From Balanoglossus misakiensis (lineage: Eukaryota; Animalia; Hemichordata), in assembly GCA_040954595.2 (NCBI GenBank), contig CM082584.2:12492875-12556874 (forward strand): a stretch of 64,000 bases of DNA. Direction: 5' to 3'. A model generated the notes under the pieces. The model saw nothing but the letters and a program-made list of their open reading frames with translations, had not been told where the DNA came from and did not search any database. The position numbers were made by a program, and so were the translations under genes. Each line of letters opens with the position of its first letter. The first letter of the stretch is position 1. Shown in pieces: positions 23,457-36,100 of the stretch.

Positions 23457-25620
23457 ACGTTCGTCTCAAGGTGAAAACAAGGTCCATCAGACTCTGGACA
23501 TAAAACACACTTTCACATATAGTTTTGTGGACCAACTTATCTTTAGTGATACCACCATGAAAACAACCGAAATGAACATTAGAACACTTTGTATAAGAAG
23601 TACCACTTAGTACGTGGAAAAAATCCACAGAAACTCACAGGTTTTGAACAAAATATGGAATTCATATTATACATGTATAGGAGTAGGTTGACAAGGTATG
23701 CTAACTGCAGAATCATGTCAAAAGATATTTTGAATTTTCAGTGTTGCACCAATGATCCCACCTCCACTTTATATATATTCAGGTTGGGTAATCAAGTTTA
23801 TGCATGTTTAGAAGTTCGTGACAACTGCACAAAATTACTCTAGTAAATGTGGATTTCTCTGTGGCTTTTTAATTCATGCATATTTAATATTTCGTTATTG
23901 TATTATTCTGTGACGTTCAACGTTTTTGCAGTTAGGCCTAGAGCAATATATGAATAATAAGCAATGCGATGAACACCCTTTTTTCTTCGTCTATGTTCTC
24001 AAAAGGACTCTTACTGTATAGCAAGGAAATGAAGGGTTTGGGGAGTATTATTTCTCTGAAATTATGTCTGCGAGGCGCGTACTTAGAAGTGTAAGCAGAG
24101 ACGAGTTTGACGGTTGAAGCTTACAATGTGCCACTTACCTTTTCTGGAGTAGAGAGAAGTCCGTAGAGACGTTTCGGCGTGCAATGTATTGGCACACCGA
24201 AGGCAATGTGTATCAGCATGTCAAATAGAGGGGAATCAAACTAAAACGGGTAATTTTCTTGTTTCTGCTTTAATAGCAAAGCACAGTGAAAGACACACGT
24301 GACACTGCAATCTCACAGGATTTGCAGATTGTCACGTGAAAAAGGTATTGCATATATAGCTTACAGTAACAGCACAGTTTTCCTAGTGAGTGATACTATG
24401 CGCAAAACGAGTCGATGTCGCCTTGAAATGAAGATTAGAAATCTCCCGTTGGCGAGGTCCAGAAGGAAAATGTTAGAAAAGGTTTCGATGTATCCGTTTG
24501 TCACGAACAGTTCTGAGAAATTGAGGTATATGATGCAACATCCGAGGCCATCATACGGTAAATTAATTCGTATAGTAGTAACTAAAAAAGCCATCACCAA
24601 CGACTTTTAGATTACACGAATAAAATGAAATTGGACCAAGTAAAGCTAACACCGGCTTTACCTTAATGTACGTCACATCTTGGTAACCCGAAGAAAGTCT
24701 GTAAGGTACGTCGGATCTAACGCGCCTCAAGAAACCGACATCATTAACAAATGAAGCAAAACCTGTAACGAACCCGGGGTATACAATCCCTTTCGTAGAA
24801 CATCCCAAGTATTCAAATTGCTATTAAAATTTCATAAAAGTGCCTTACCATGCCAACGAAACCATGGAAAGCTAATTTGCTTCTTGGAATTCCTTGTGCC
24901 CAGCAGACCAGCAAAGGTGGGCGAAAATAGCGAGATACATATTTTATTTCCCTTTTTACATCTTTAAGTTATTTTTCCCTACAACATGCTGTGATTTATA
25001 TTGTAGGAAGGATTTCTCAAGAATGTTCAATATGCTGCTAGCAAACTGATTCCTCGTGAATAAGCATAAATTAATTACTGTTTGCGTCAATGAAAGTAAT
25101 GAGTATAAGGGCTCAAGCAAAGTTAGGCTCCAACTGGGATCCACAGTACTTGAGTTAATTTCAGTTAACATATTAATGATGTGGTCAGTATCTCAATTCA
25201 GGCACGTTTCTCGCCATGTTTCTACGAATCCCTCTTGGTAGTAATTTTGAAAGATGTCCTTGTTTAATTTTTAAATTCAAAGTACGTAGGCGTATTGTTA
25301 TCTTATGAATCATGAATCTGAGCTTTTCTAATTGCAACTGGAATTGTCATCAAAGGTCCGTATTTGTTGACAGGGTCATTTCTACAGAAATATACAATAG
25401 ACGTGTTGTCTGAACATAGAACTATTTATTGGAAAAACAAAAGAGAGGTTCAGCTTTCATAACATATGCCCCTTTAAATGTATGAGGTCACCTGAATTTA
25501 TTTAAGTACATGTATAGGATAACGTGTTGCTGTTCATTAAAAAAGGTACAAAAAATACGAGATCACGATCTATTCTACCATGTTTCAAAACAGACTGATC
25601 AGTGATGTTCAGATGGTGTT

Positions 25621-28600
25621 TTACAGCATCTTCATGAAATCTTCACCAGAAATTCCAACGGATTCATGCATTTTTCTGCTTCTCAGCGCACCACAGTCCT
25701 CTGTTACTTTATCGATAATAGGCTTGTATTTCTTGAAAAGTTGTTTTGATATTGCCACAGTGTCTCCTGCAATGCAATTATGTAATATGCAGCCATGTTA
25801 GAATGGCACATCTTCAGACAAAATCATAACAAGATGGCCGCCAGTGGCGGCCATATTGGATCTTTATGTGACATAATGTATATTGGCTGCACCCACCTTG
25901 TGGTGTGTCTGGGTACTCTGTTCTGTCAAAGGTCCAAGCACTCTCAATCTTGAAGACTGCCTTACTAAATGCATCCTCATCAAATTTGTGATGGTGTACT
26001 GTACTATTGTAGAGAGAGTCTACAAACAACTGCCATCTAGACTTATAGTAGCTGCAACAACAGAGAAAAAATGCTGTTAATCTGCTGTAACTAAACAGAA
26101 AGCACTGTGACTAGATGGAACAAATCACAAATATACAAGCAGAAAGCTGTATTTGCATTTAGTCAACTTCGTTACAACCCCTGGTTAAGGTCTCATTTTT
26201 TCATAATTAAATTTCCTGACAAAGCATCCAATACTCGTCAAGTTAATCAAGACAGTTGCCATGCAAACTCACCTTTTGATCAGACCTCCCCACATCTTAT
26301 TTGCATAGTCGAGAATCTGTGAAGTTAGAAATAACACTTTGGTCATTGAACAACAAATATGAAATCTCTCTTAATAAATTGAGATATAACTGCTTATTGT
26401 GACATCACTAATTCTAATTCTGCTGATTGTGTTATGTACCATCATAAAGTATCACTATATGTGCACCTTGCAGGTTGATTCATTCTAAATTTCTTGCATT
26501 TTCTTGGCCTTGTTATGAGTTGCTGGTGGTGCTTACCTCTCCATTTGGTCCCCATAAAGTTATTTGGTTTCTAGCATTGTACTCATAGAGATCTCTTTCC
26601 TGTTGAGAAACCAATTCAGACTTTTAAAACATAATATACCTTTGCAATTCTAACCTGTGCATGTGGTTTCAAAATGAACTGAAAAGCTATCTTGCAGAAC
26701 ATGTGAAAGTTTGTAATGTTTCCCTTTGTGATTCAGCTAGACAAACGAATGAATGAATGCAGCAACGTTCCACCAATTACCTTCTCATTTGTTGCCAGGT
26801 CTTTTGCAGATTTAATCCACTTTCCAAGAAGGTAATGCTGATTGGACGACAGAATCAGATCCATGTCATCAAATAGCTCCAGCAAATTCTCACCTTCTTG
26901 CCTGCAGCAAACAGACATGCATGTAAGTTCGATCACGTATCAAGAATTCCATTATTTTTTCATCGTCAGGTAATAAGCAATTCTGTCCCACCAACCCGCC
27001 CATTTATTTTTCATTTCCACCAAAGGGCTTACTTTAAAACACACATGATCAGACTAAAGCAATGCTGTACAGACATTACATGCCTGAGATGTGATGACTC
27101 ACAGTATGAAGAGAAAGTTTCGGTGTAGTTTTTACGAGAGTACACATATTTTCATACAAAGAAAAGACTTAGGAAAGGCTAAACCAGCAAGATAGCTCTT
27201 TTGCTAATACGATCAACAAATCGCAATAATGGTAAATACACAATCCAAGATTGAGTGAAGATGTTTGCTTACTTAACTCCCTGTGCATCCCACTTAAAGT
27301 GGTTAACTACAATTGCTTTGTAGAACACACAATATGCACAGTCTTGTAAAACTTGTCTGGTGACATCAATCAGGTCATACCTATAATGAACAAATAACAG
27401 TCAGCCATATTGACTTTATAAGATGTGGATCAACTTTACTGTGCAAAAATTCCATGTAATAACAGAAATGGCATAAGACATTTTCTCACCTGAATGTTTC
27501 AGTATTTTGTAGAGAATTTTCTTGCACTGTTGAATTCAGGAAGTTCTCCCATGCTTTCACAACATCTTTCCAATCATACCACAGCTGGAAACACAATGGA
27601 AATCATTCATAATCACTTGAGCCAGAAAAAAAATCTTCAAAAAACATCGTATTTGTAAACCTCATGGGAGGTTATTTTAAGAGAAATAGCTAGTGTTCAT
27701 GTCAGCCTTGAGTGCTTCCCAACTGAAATCATGAAAACCTTGCTCCTGTCAACTTACATTTTCTCCCATAACTAATGAGGGTCTGTGCAGCATAACAGCC
27801 ATGCTGTGACCTGCATGTCCATCACTACAATTATAGACACTCTGCAGAAGTTTACTCCATCCTGCTGACAAGACCTCTACATTGATACCATACCTTGATT
27901 TTGAATAACTTGAAATCCTGCAGAACCGAACAGTGAAAGAGTACAATGGAATATAGAGTAGATGGAACATAGAGTAGATGGAACATAGAGTAGATGGAAC
28001 ATAGAGTAGATGGAACAGAGCCTACTTTTTTGAGAGGAAAAGGGATGTTGATGAGATCTTCAACATCGAGGTCTTTGATTGGACAGGAAGGAGTAACAAG
28101 CCGCAGCGAAACAGACTTCCACTCAGTAATTGAGAGAAGGGGAGAGAGGAGAGGAAAGCAGGGACAACAGCTAGCCTTCCACCCAGAGTTCACCAACCAT
28201 GGAATGTAGCTCTAAGCTTGATGATTGCAAAGCGAGACTAACTATAATGATCCTGTTTAGTGGATGAGCTTCTGTCATAAGCAAAGGAATGATGACAATC
28301 CATTTAAAGACAACAATAAGAGAATGTAGCCAGACCTTTAGTTCAAGGTGCATTAATGATTAACAGTGCAACAAACTAAGATGTTACTTTAGCTTTAAGT
28401 TAATTTTCTGAGAAGCAGCATTTTAAAATCTGATTCAGCCTCAGTTGTGTTTTCCAAATCAGAATCATACATGGAGTAATGGTACTTTTACTCACTGCTG
28501 GATTGAGCTTTAGTGTTGGTTTCTTAACAATGATGCTTTTCCCATGATCCTTATGTCCATCGGTGCAATTATAGACAGACCTCTTCAAGAAATCCCAAGC

Positions 28601-31600
28601 CCCCTCAGCATGTTGTGAAGTGTTGCCATAGCGACTATGTGAATACTTATTAAACCTATGGGCAAGATGGGTGCAGATGAATAATTGAACAGCGTTACTG
28701 CATGTAGAGGAGAGAAATGTCACAAGTGTTGGATGAACCATTTTAAGGCATTTGTTGTACGAACAGTATTTTACTGATAACATCATTAATATGCTCTTTA
28801 CCCTTTCATAAAATAATAATTAGTATACAATAATGGTAAATTCTTTCCAAAATGTGAATAAGTCTTACCACACTTGCAAGTCAGGAACTGGTTGGTTTCT
28901 CCATCCCATTGCATTCATGAAATCATACATCACATAGTTCTGATTAATTCCTTCTGGGGTCAGCCCTGTTCCAACCATGCTACTGTTTGGGAATGCTCTG
29001 GCTTCTGATGGGCCCTGTAGTTACATATTGACATTATGTACATGACGGTTTTTGCTGATCCACACAAATGTTTCATAAGTACATGGATCACTGATGTAGA
29101 ATAACACTTACCTTGTTTACTGAGTCTATGACACCATACATTCCAAGGTTGCCACCAAAGTTGTGTAACATACACCATATGAATGGCTGGCCATAGAAGG
29201 AGTTGGCTTTCTGGTAAATGGGTCTCACTTCTGCAAACAAGTCCAGAACTACCATTTTACCCTGCGTAGAAATGAAAGAATTGGATTGGTAATAACATCT
29301 TGCATCCTGCTTTCACAATTAAGCTAGGTGTGCATTCTAATATTAAGTTACATTGACATGAAAGCATTTATATTCATATATGCGTATGCGAAGAATTGCC
29401 AAAGAACATACCAGGGGAACACCCAATACATAAGCTTTGATTTCTTCAGGCCCCCAGAATCCACTTTGAAAGAGCCAGCCTTGCATTAGCCAGATGGCAT
29501 CTTTATCAGCACCCAACATCCCATCATGCACTGCTTTACTTGCTGCTGCCAAGTACCCAGCATCCCTAGAGAGAGACAGGAAATAAAACAATAGTACATC
29601 ACCCTAAAAAATATAAACATCTGAAATCATATGTGAATTTTCAAGACAAATATATTTTTCACTCCTGTGTTCTATGTTGGTGTCAATTTGCTTTTGACAA
29701 CAAACTTTAACTCATTAAAAAGTAGATAAAGTCAAGAATTACAAGAATTTTGAACTTACTTGGATGGTGGACTGAGTTCATTGAAGGTGTCTGTGTTATA
29801 GATGTGATCTGTACCAAATTCTTTGATGTACTTAGAAGATAATTATAAGAAACAGAAAGGTAGTAAATATCAGGGACACAAAACATCTCTGCAAATTTAA
29901 CTAATAGCAGACTTTGTGCAATTGTACTAAGAGCACTGGACACTGTCCATCAGTTTGCTTTTCTTGATGCTGTAAGGGAAGATAAACTCCCATGAGAAAC
30001 ACTTGTTACCTCTGATAAAAATGTCGCTGAAACTTTGGTGAACAGCGGATCCAGGGGACTTAGAAGGTAGGAACTGCAAAAATAACAAAAAGAGACCACA
30101 AAGATAGAGTATAACAGCATAAGACATTAATAAGCTGGAAAGAAAGCTAGGTTACAATATCTTTCACATGTATAGCCTGAAAACTACTCTGTGATTTAAT
30201 ATCTGTTGAAAACAACAGACCAAATTGTGTTGGTCACTCACATGAATGTCTACTGGGCTAGAGTAGCCAGGTTTATGAATTTTGCTTGATGTCCCAACTT
30301 ACCAGCAATATGTTTCATTGAAATGACCCCAATCTCCGAGTCTTGTGATGTTGGCTTCAGGATATATCCTGCAATGAACACGAATATCTCACAATCTAGT
30401 ATTCAAAAAATCTTGAAGGTTTACTACAAGGATTTTTCTCTGTATTTCTCATTTTTATGTTATGACATGTAGATTGTACAGGTGTGCATATCATTACTGA
30501 TTCCTAAGTGCTCTAACAGTCATGTATTATTTATTTGTTGAAGTTTAAAAATTCATATGCAGCGGAGGATTTGTACTTGTACATCAATTCTAAATACAGC
30601 TACATGCCCACAAAGAAAAACATGTAGTCATCCCAATCTACACTAATCAGTATCGAGACATGAAATTTTTAGGGATTCTGTATATTACTAAAACATTACC
30701 TTGTGAAGCCTTTGGGTACAAATCCACCAAATGCAGGCAATACAGGAATTATTCCAAACTCTCTCATTCTGTGTAGAATTTTGTGTTGCAGCTGGAGTTG
30801 ATAGTCGTGCCATGACTGCGATAATGGTCCTCCCCAGCCTCGCATGTTCCCCATTCTTGCCCTAAGAGGTTCACGGGAAATGAGCAAAAGGGTTATAAGC
30901 TTCATATCTGATACTCAAGACTGCAGAGTTTTCTGAAGCAGCTGAGAACTCTGTGATAGATTAGGGTTACTATGTGGATGTGACTGCATTTATATTCTTA
31001 CCATGCCAAGAAAGCTGGCCCACCAAAATATTGATCCAGTTCATTCTGTGTGAGACCCATCTTCAGATACACTCTCTGCCAAATAACTTCCTGGCCGTTA
31101 AATGCCAGTGGCAAATTGATTCCGTTCATGGCCATCCAGTCAATCTCTCTTTCCCACCGATCCCAGTCCCACCAAACAAAGGAATAACTCACAGTGCAAA
31201 CATTCTGGTAATATCGGAACCTGAAAGCAATTTGACCAAATGGAAAGTTTGAGCAAGTTGAGGAAAAGTTGACACAAACAGATTTTATTGTCTAAAACAA
31301 TTTGTGCTCCAACGTATTGCAAATGCAAGGAATGCAAAGACGCCCTCATAGGTACAAATTACTTTGCATTTGCTGACTTGAATGACTGTTAAAAGTAGGC
31401 ATTTTGTACTTGCAATTGCGTGTAAAGACTGCCCTCAAAAATCCAATACTTTGTGTTTCCATGATTACTTTACTGACCTGTTTGGGCTTGTAGTCTGAAT
31501 TTTGGGTTTGACAAGTGGGAGCTTGGATGGCACATTGAGTTGATCTCCAGACCATGATATGTGACAGTGACAGTACGTATTCAGATAATGATAGAACGCT

Positions 31601-32150
31601 GATGCTGCTGCAACTCCAGTAGTTCCTCGGACTGTGATTTCATCTGAACCTGTTGTCTCTACCTGCAGCAATGACATAGAACAATGCAAGCTAGTATGTT
31701 AAAAGAAATGAGCCTTACAAGGGATACAATCTCCTCTATTCTATTTTAATGGGTGCAGGAAAACTGCTTAGTTTTGAGCAAAGATTGTCTTCTTCCACCA
31801 AACTTGTTGATGTCCACTCCAGAAAGGCAAAGGCTGAAGAATTTATATATAGTCTTCATATTACAAGATACGTTTCTGTTTGCATACCTCAAATGTATCC
31901 AAGTTTGGAGGTCCTATGGTGGGATCTACAACCACTTGAAACTGGGCTGCCCTCCCAGGAAGTAATCTGTTAATCAGAGCTTTGACTGCCTGTGCCTGAG
32001 TCTCATTTGATACCGATGGTCTCAAATGATCCAGTGTCTTGAAAGCTGATGATCAACAGAAAAGTTTCAAAACTTAATCTTGGATGGTGGAGGTACATAA
32101 TATTCTAATTAAGACATATCGACCATTTATTACTTTTCAACAAATCAACA

Positions 32151-32181
<31 letters not shown>

Positions 32182-32319
32182 GGTTGTTGGATGCTCGACG
32201 TACGCTTCGAGCCCCGTTACCATGACAATATTACACTCACCTGTGGAGCTATGTACGTGTTTGCAAAACACACTGATGGCGACAAAGACGATTGTCACGC
32301 GAAAGAATGAAATCGTCAT
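25621..32319 (-). CDS. NAGLU: Alpha-N-acetylglucosaminidase (GH89), multi-exon, with signal peptide
   Basis: Signal peptide [19 protein letters not shown]; [36 protein letters not shown]; [12 protein letters not shown]; catalytic-Glu motifs DTFNE and [10 protein letters not shown]; WLMQGWLF; LHNFGG; [12 protein letters not shown]; [12 protein letters not shown]. Exon phases checked consistent; TAA at 25623-25621. Confidence 0.97.
25830..25858. repeat. Hairpin of two inverted YY1-type motifs in the last NAGLU intron
   Basis: CAAGATGGCCGCC-AGT-GGCGGCCATATTG (12/13-bp stem). Confidence 0.7.
27758..27917 (-). CDS. NAGLU: NAGLU duplicated exon B (candidate mutually exclusive exon)
   Basis: 160 nt, ctgcAG|G...AAT|GTAAGT; (W)[53 protein letters not shown]; no stops. 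Confidence 0.88.
27946..28020. repeat. 16-bp minisatellite (~4.5 copies) just upstream of the exon B acceptor
   Basis: (GATGGAACATAGAGTA)n; pyrimidine-rich on the NAGLU sense strand. Confidence 0.9.
28496..28655 (-). CDS. NAGLU: NAGLU duplicated exon A (candidate mutually exclusive exon)
   Basis: 160 nt, ccatAG|G...GCA|GTGAGT; (W)[53 protein letters not shown]; no stops. Confidence 0.9.
32139..32180. repeat. (AATC)n microsatellite in NAGLU intron 1
   Basis: aacaaatcaacaaatcaatcaatcaatcaatcaatcaatcaa. Confidence 0.9.
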
Positions 32320-33116
32320 TTTCCACACCAAACCAAACAAGCGAACCACGTACTCAACGTACAGAATCTGCCCCGCCCCCCTCAGTGATCTCACAACCCA
32401 AGTTTTGGAATCAACCCAGTCTGATCCCGGTCACTCCCTGCTCCGTGAAAGTTCTGTAGCGATACGGATAGACTAAAAGGCATAAATTGCACCAAGAACA
32501 GCCACTTTCGTTCGATGGATTGCCCTATGCACATGTATTTCTGTATTTCTTACTCGGAGTGCTTCATTTCCGGGTTCATTGAAGGACACGAAGATCAGGT
32601 GACCAATCATGTGACCAGAAAGTAAACATTTTAATGTTTCAGATAACAAGAATGCTGTGTTGTTCATCCATCTAAAACATGTAAAATTTAACATAAATTC
32701 TCAATGAAGTCAAGACTCTGTGGTAGCGTCTGCTGTCTAGACTTTATCTTGCTTAGGTCACGAAAGGTCACTACGCTGCGATGTTCATCTGTTTTTTAAA
32801 CACACATGCTCGCTTTCTGATGACGTAATTCACAAACTGCACTCGGAAGTTGAATCAAGGACAGTGGTTTTCGATTTCAGGCCACGGACGTTCCGGGGTA
32901 GTGACACGGAAAATTTGTACCCGCCCTTGGCAGTGAACCGTTGCTTTTCTTTGTTAAACCACCGACGACACAGCCTATATGGTTTCAAGTATAGCTCAAA
33001 ATAATGAGTCGAACATGTAAAACATGCGCAGAGACATGAGATCGAGAATGTTCATCTGTTGTGCGGGACACACGATGAAGTGAGCAATATTATTGTTGTC
33101 GACGCAATGTGAAAAA
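32320..33116. promoter_or_regulatory. Putative bidirectional promoter NAGLU/SSUH2
   Basis: ~800 bp between divergent ATGs; TCATGTGAC (M-box/CLEAR-like) at 32607-32615, TGACGTAA at 32821, CGGAAGT (ETS) at ~32844, CCGCCC boxes. Confidence 0.55.
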
Positions 33117-36100
33117 ATGGAAGAGAATCCTACAGATTTTTCACCCTACGGCGCATCGCAAGAGCCAGAAAATGTCAGTCTTACTGAAGTACCATTAGAA
33201 GGTAAGAATGACAATTTCATACTTCATGATCTACTTATCATCATGGAGCCATCTACTATTCAGGCACATATGAAATGTGACATTTTGAGGAAAGCGCATA
33301 AACAGTCTTATGCAAAATAGTTAGCATTTCATGATCAGCATGTTGCACAGAGTCGAACAAGAAACTGCGGTTGACATAATGTATTAACCAGAATCTTGGC
33401 TGTGGTTGAGAATCAATGAGACTGTGATCTTCTTTCTGGAGCATGTCAAAAGATGTGTAGTATTCAGCTCTTTGTATTTCTGCCAGTCAAGGGCAGTACC
33501 GGGAAGTCCTTGTGCCCCAGGGTTCCTTTATTAACAATTCAGTCCTCAGGTGGCAGGGCAGCAGAAATGCTACTAGGGTTAATCCTAAAACGGTTGCCAT
33601 TAGCCAGATGTGCTATTGCTATGAAAGTAGTCACCTTTAATGAATGAATGCATTCACCTTTGACCTGTTCAACAGACAACTTAGATGAACCTGCTGAAAT
33701 AGAGGTCACTATCACAGATGAAGGTGGGACAGCCAGATACGGAATCTCAAGACAACAGGTGCAATCGACAGAAGGCAATGAAAGTGCTGTAGTCGTTGAA
33801 GATGGAAGCAGAGATACTTCGCTGCAAGATACTCCACCAGGGGGAAGTGAGGAAAGCGCAGAAGTTCAAAGAGAGCGTGTTGTCTCTCTTCCATCATACA
33901 ATGAGTTGTACGGTACTATGATTTACAAATATTTTACTACAGCTGTAGGGGTCATTTCTTGTTCTTATAATAATTCACTATTGGACTCTAATCTTTCTTC
34001 TCTCACATTTTATAAAGGAGGATTAAAAACTATTACTGTTTCTGATTCATCTCTACAGGAGAATTTGTTCAGATCCCTCCCCCAGAAGCCATGTCAACAC
34101 TGCCTATAGGTGGCCGCAGTGGAACCTTAACATTTCGACCAGAAGCGGAGTAAGTTTTCAGGGTTTTATACACTTTCCCCAATTCATAGTGTCATTAAAA
34201 CACGTTTGTTTGTTGCTAAAAATTTCAAAGTATTCTCAAAAGAAGATTGAGAGACAACTTACTACTGTAATCAATTTTGAAACTGACAAGCTTTCACTTC
34301 TTTATTTTTCCACAGCCCTACATTTTTGTCAGAGATACAGATCAAAGACGCTTTGCTGCAGCATGTCACTGAAAAATGTTGCTACGGTTACGCTGCAGCA
34401 AGAGAAATGGACATTGCCAACACTGTGCCATCACACGCTATTCATGTAAGTATTTAAATAAATAAATACAACAATATCAGTAGAAATGTAAAAGTTAGAC
34501 TTCACACACCCAAGTGACGATATTTCAAGAATGTCTACAGCGCCACCAATGTCCTGATATGTATATTTACCATCTTTTGTTTTTCAACGTCGACACCAAG
34601 TTTAGATCTACCACTTGTTTGTGTTGAAAAGAACCACAGTGTGAAGTACCTGAGTAAAGATCAAAGATTCTAACAGATTCAATTTTCTTGTTTACAGTAC
34701 AGACTGGTGTCATTCACAGAGCAAAGAGAGTCCAAGAAAGTCTACCAAACTTATCACGGTATGTTCATGAACATTCATCAAAAATTGAAGATACCCTTTC
34801 TTGAACTTTGAACCTAAAAGGTCAGTTGAAACCATCCAATCAGCACACATTAACACCTTTAATTTTTTTCTTCACTCAGGCGAGGCTGTAGACAGATGCA
34901 GACCGCCGCCGGCGATATGGGACATCGTTGTTACCCCAAGTCAACTTTTCAGAGAAGAAGAACAGACTGTTACTGTGCCATACTCTGGGGAAGTCAAGCC
35001 ATGTTACAGATGTCATGGTGTTGGAAAGATCAGATATCACTGTGCCAGTTGTTCTGGGAGGGGACGGGTAGGTTGGAAAGTTGCTTGACACTCCACTGCG
35101 ATGAGTTGTTTTTCAGTCAGCTTTCACCATGGTTTGCTCTCAATTATGTATACCTACACAATGGTGTCCAACTCATGCAACCACCAGATCCTTTTATGAG
35201 TGTACATCACCAGTATAGTGAACTGGCATCGCAATCCTTTTTGTATCCACAGACATTATGTTCTTCCTGTAATGGCAGTGGTAGCCAGCAGTCACACAGG
35301 ACCAATGAGATGCATGCTTGCAAGAGATGTTATGGAGAAGGAAACATCAGGTGATGGCAGTTCTCTTATGTCAATAGTCATAAAGTCACAATGTCAAAAG
35401 TAGCACAAGCTAGCGTTAGGGGTTAGTCTGCTATAAAACCCAACAAAAACCTTGTTCCGTCACACTTGTGAAGGCGCCCTCTGGAGTCAAAAAACAGTTC
35501 TGGATCAAAATTTCTGTTCATATATCACGTTTTCGGGAAGTCTTAAACTGTGTAACTGTAAATTTAGATGCTGTTAAGTTTTATGTATTGTCGTAATGGA
35601 AATGAGCTCGAGAATACCCAGTTCAGAATTGAGTCAATCAGTACCGATCATTGATCCAAAACACGAGACTTGAGACACCTACATGCGAGTGTTGCAAATC
35701 TTTCCAGAAGGCATTGGTGACAACGTGGGACAGATTAGCATTAGACTAGATTCTCTTCCATTAATTCACGAATTCTGGGAAACTGAGAAACTGATTACAT
35801 TTAAGAAGGACACTGACTTCAGATATCCATAGAGTGTGTAATGTGTTCACTTTCCTCTTCAGAGAGGATTTAGAACCAGACAATTTGAGTAGGTTATTTA
35901 TCCCCAAAGCTGTACTCAGAACTGCATTAGATGTATCGTGATCCCCAACACAAAACAGCCACCCTGGGCCCACAGGACTACATGAAAAGTTGCCCTAGTT
36001 CTGTAACCATCACGTAGATTACAGTGTCCTATGTATCCAGTGTATCTATGGCTGTATGACTGACCTACAGTCCCAACACCGTACAACAACTAAACTGTAC

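Noticed and set aside
24135-24225. Exon-like segment on the - strand with a strong AAG|GTAAGT donor
   Set aside because: No partner exon or recognisable product.
28021-28400. Third copy of the duplicated NAGLU exon
   Set aside because: No RYG or SVYNC similarity seen in this interval.
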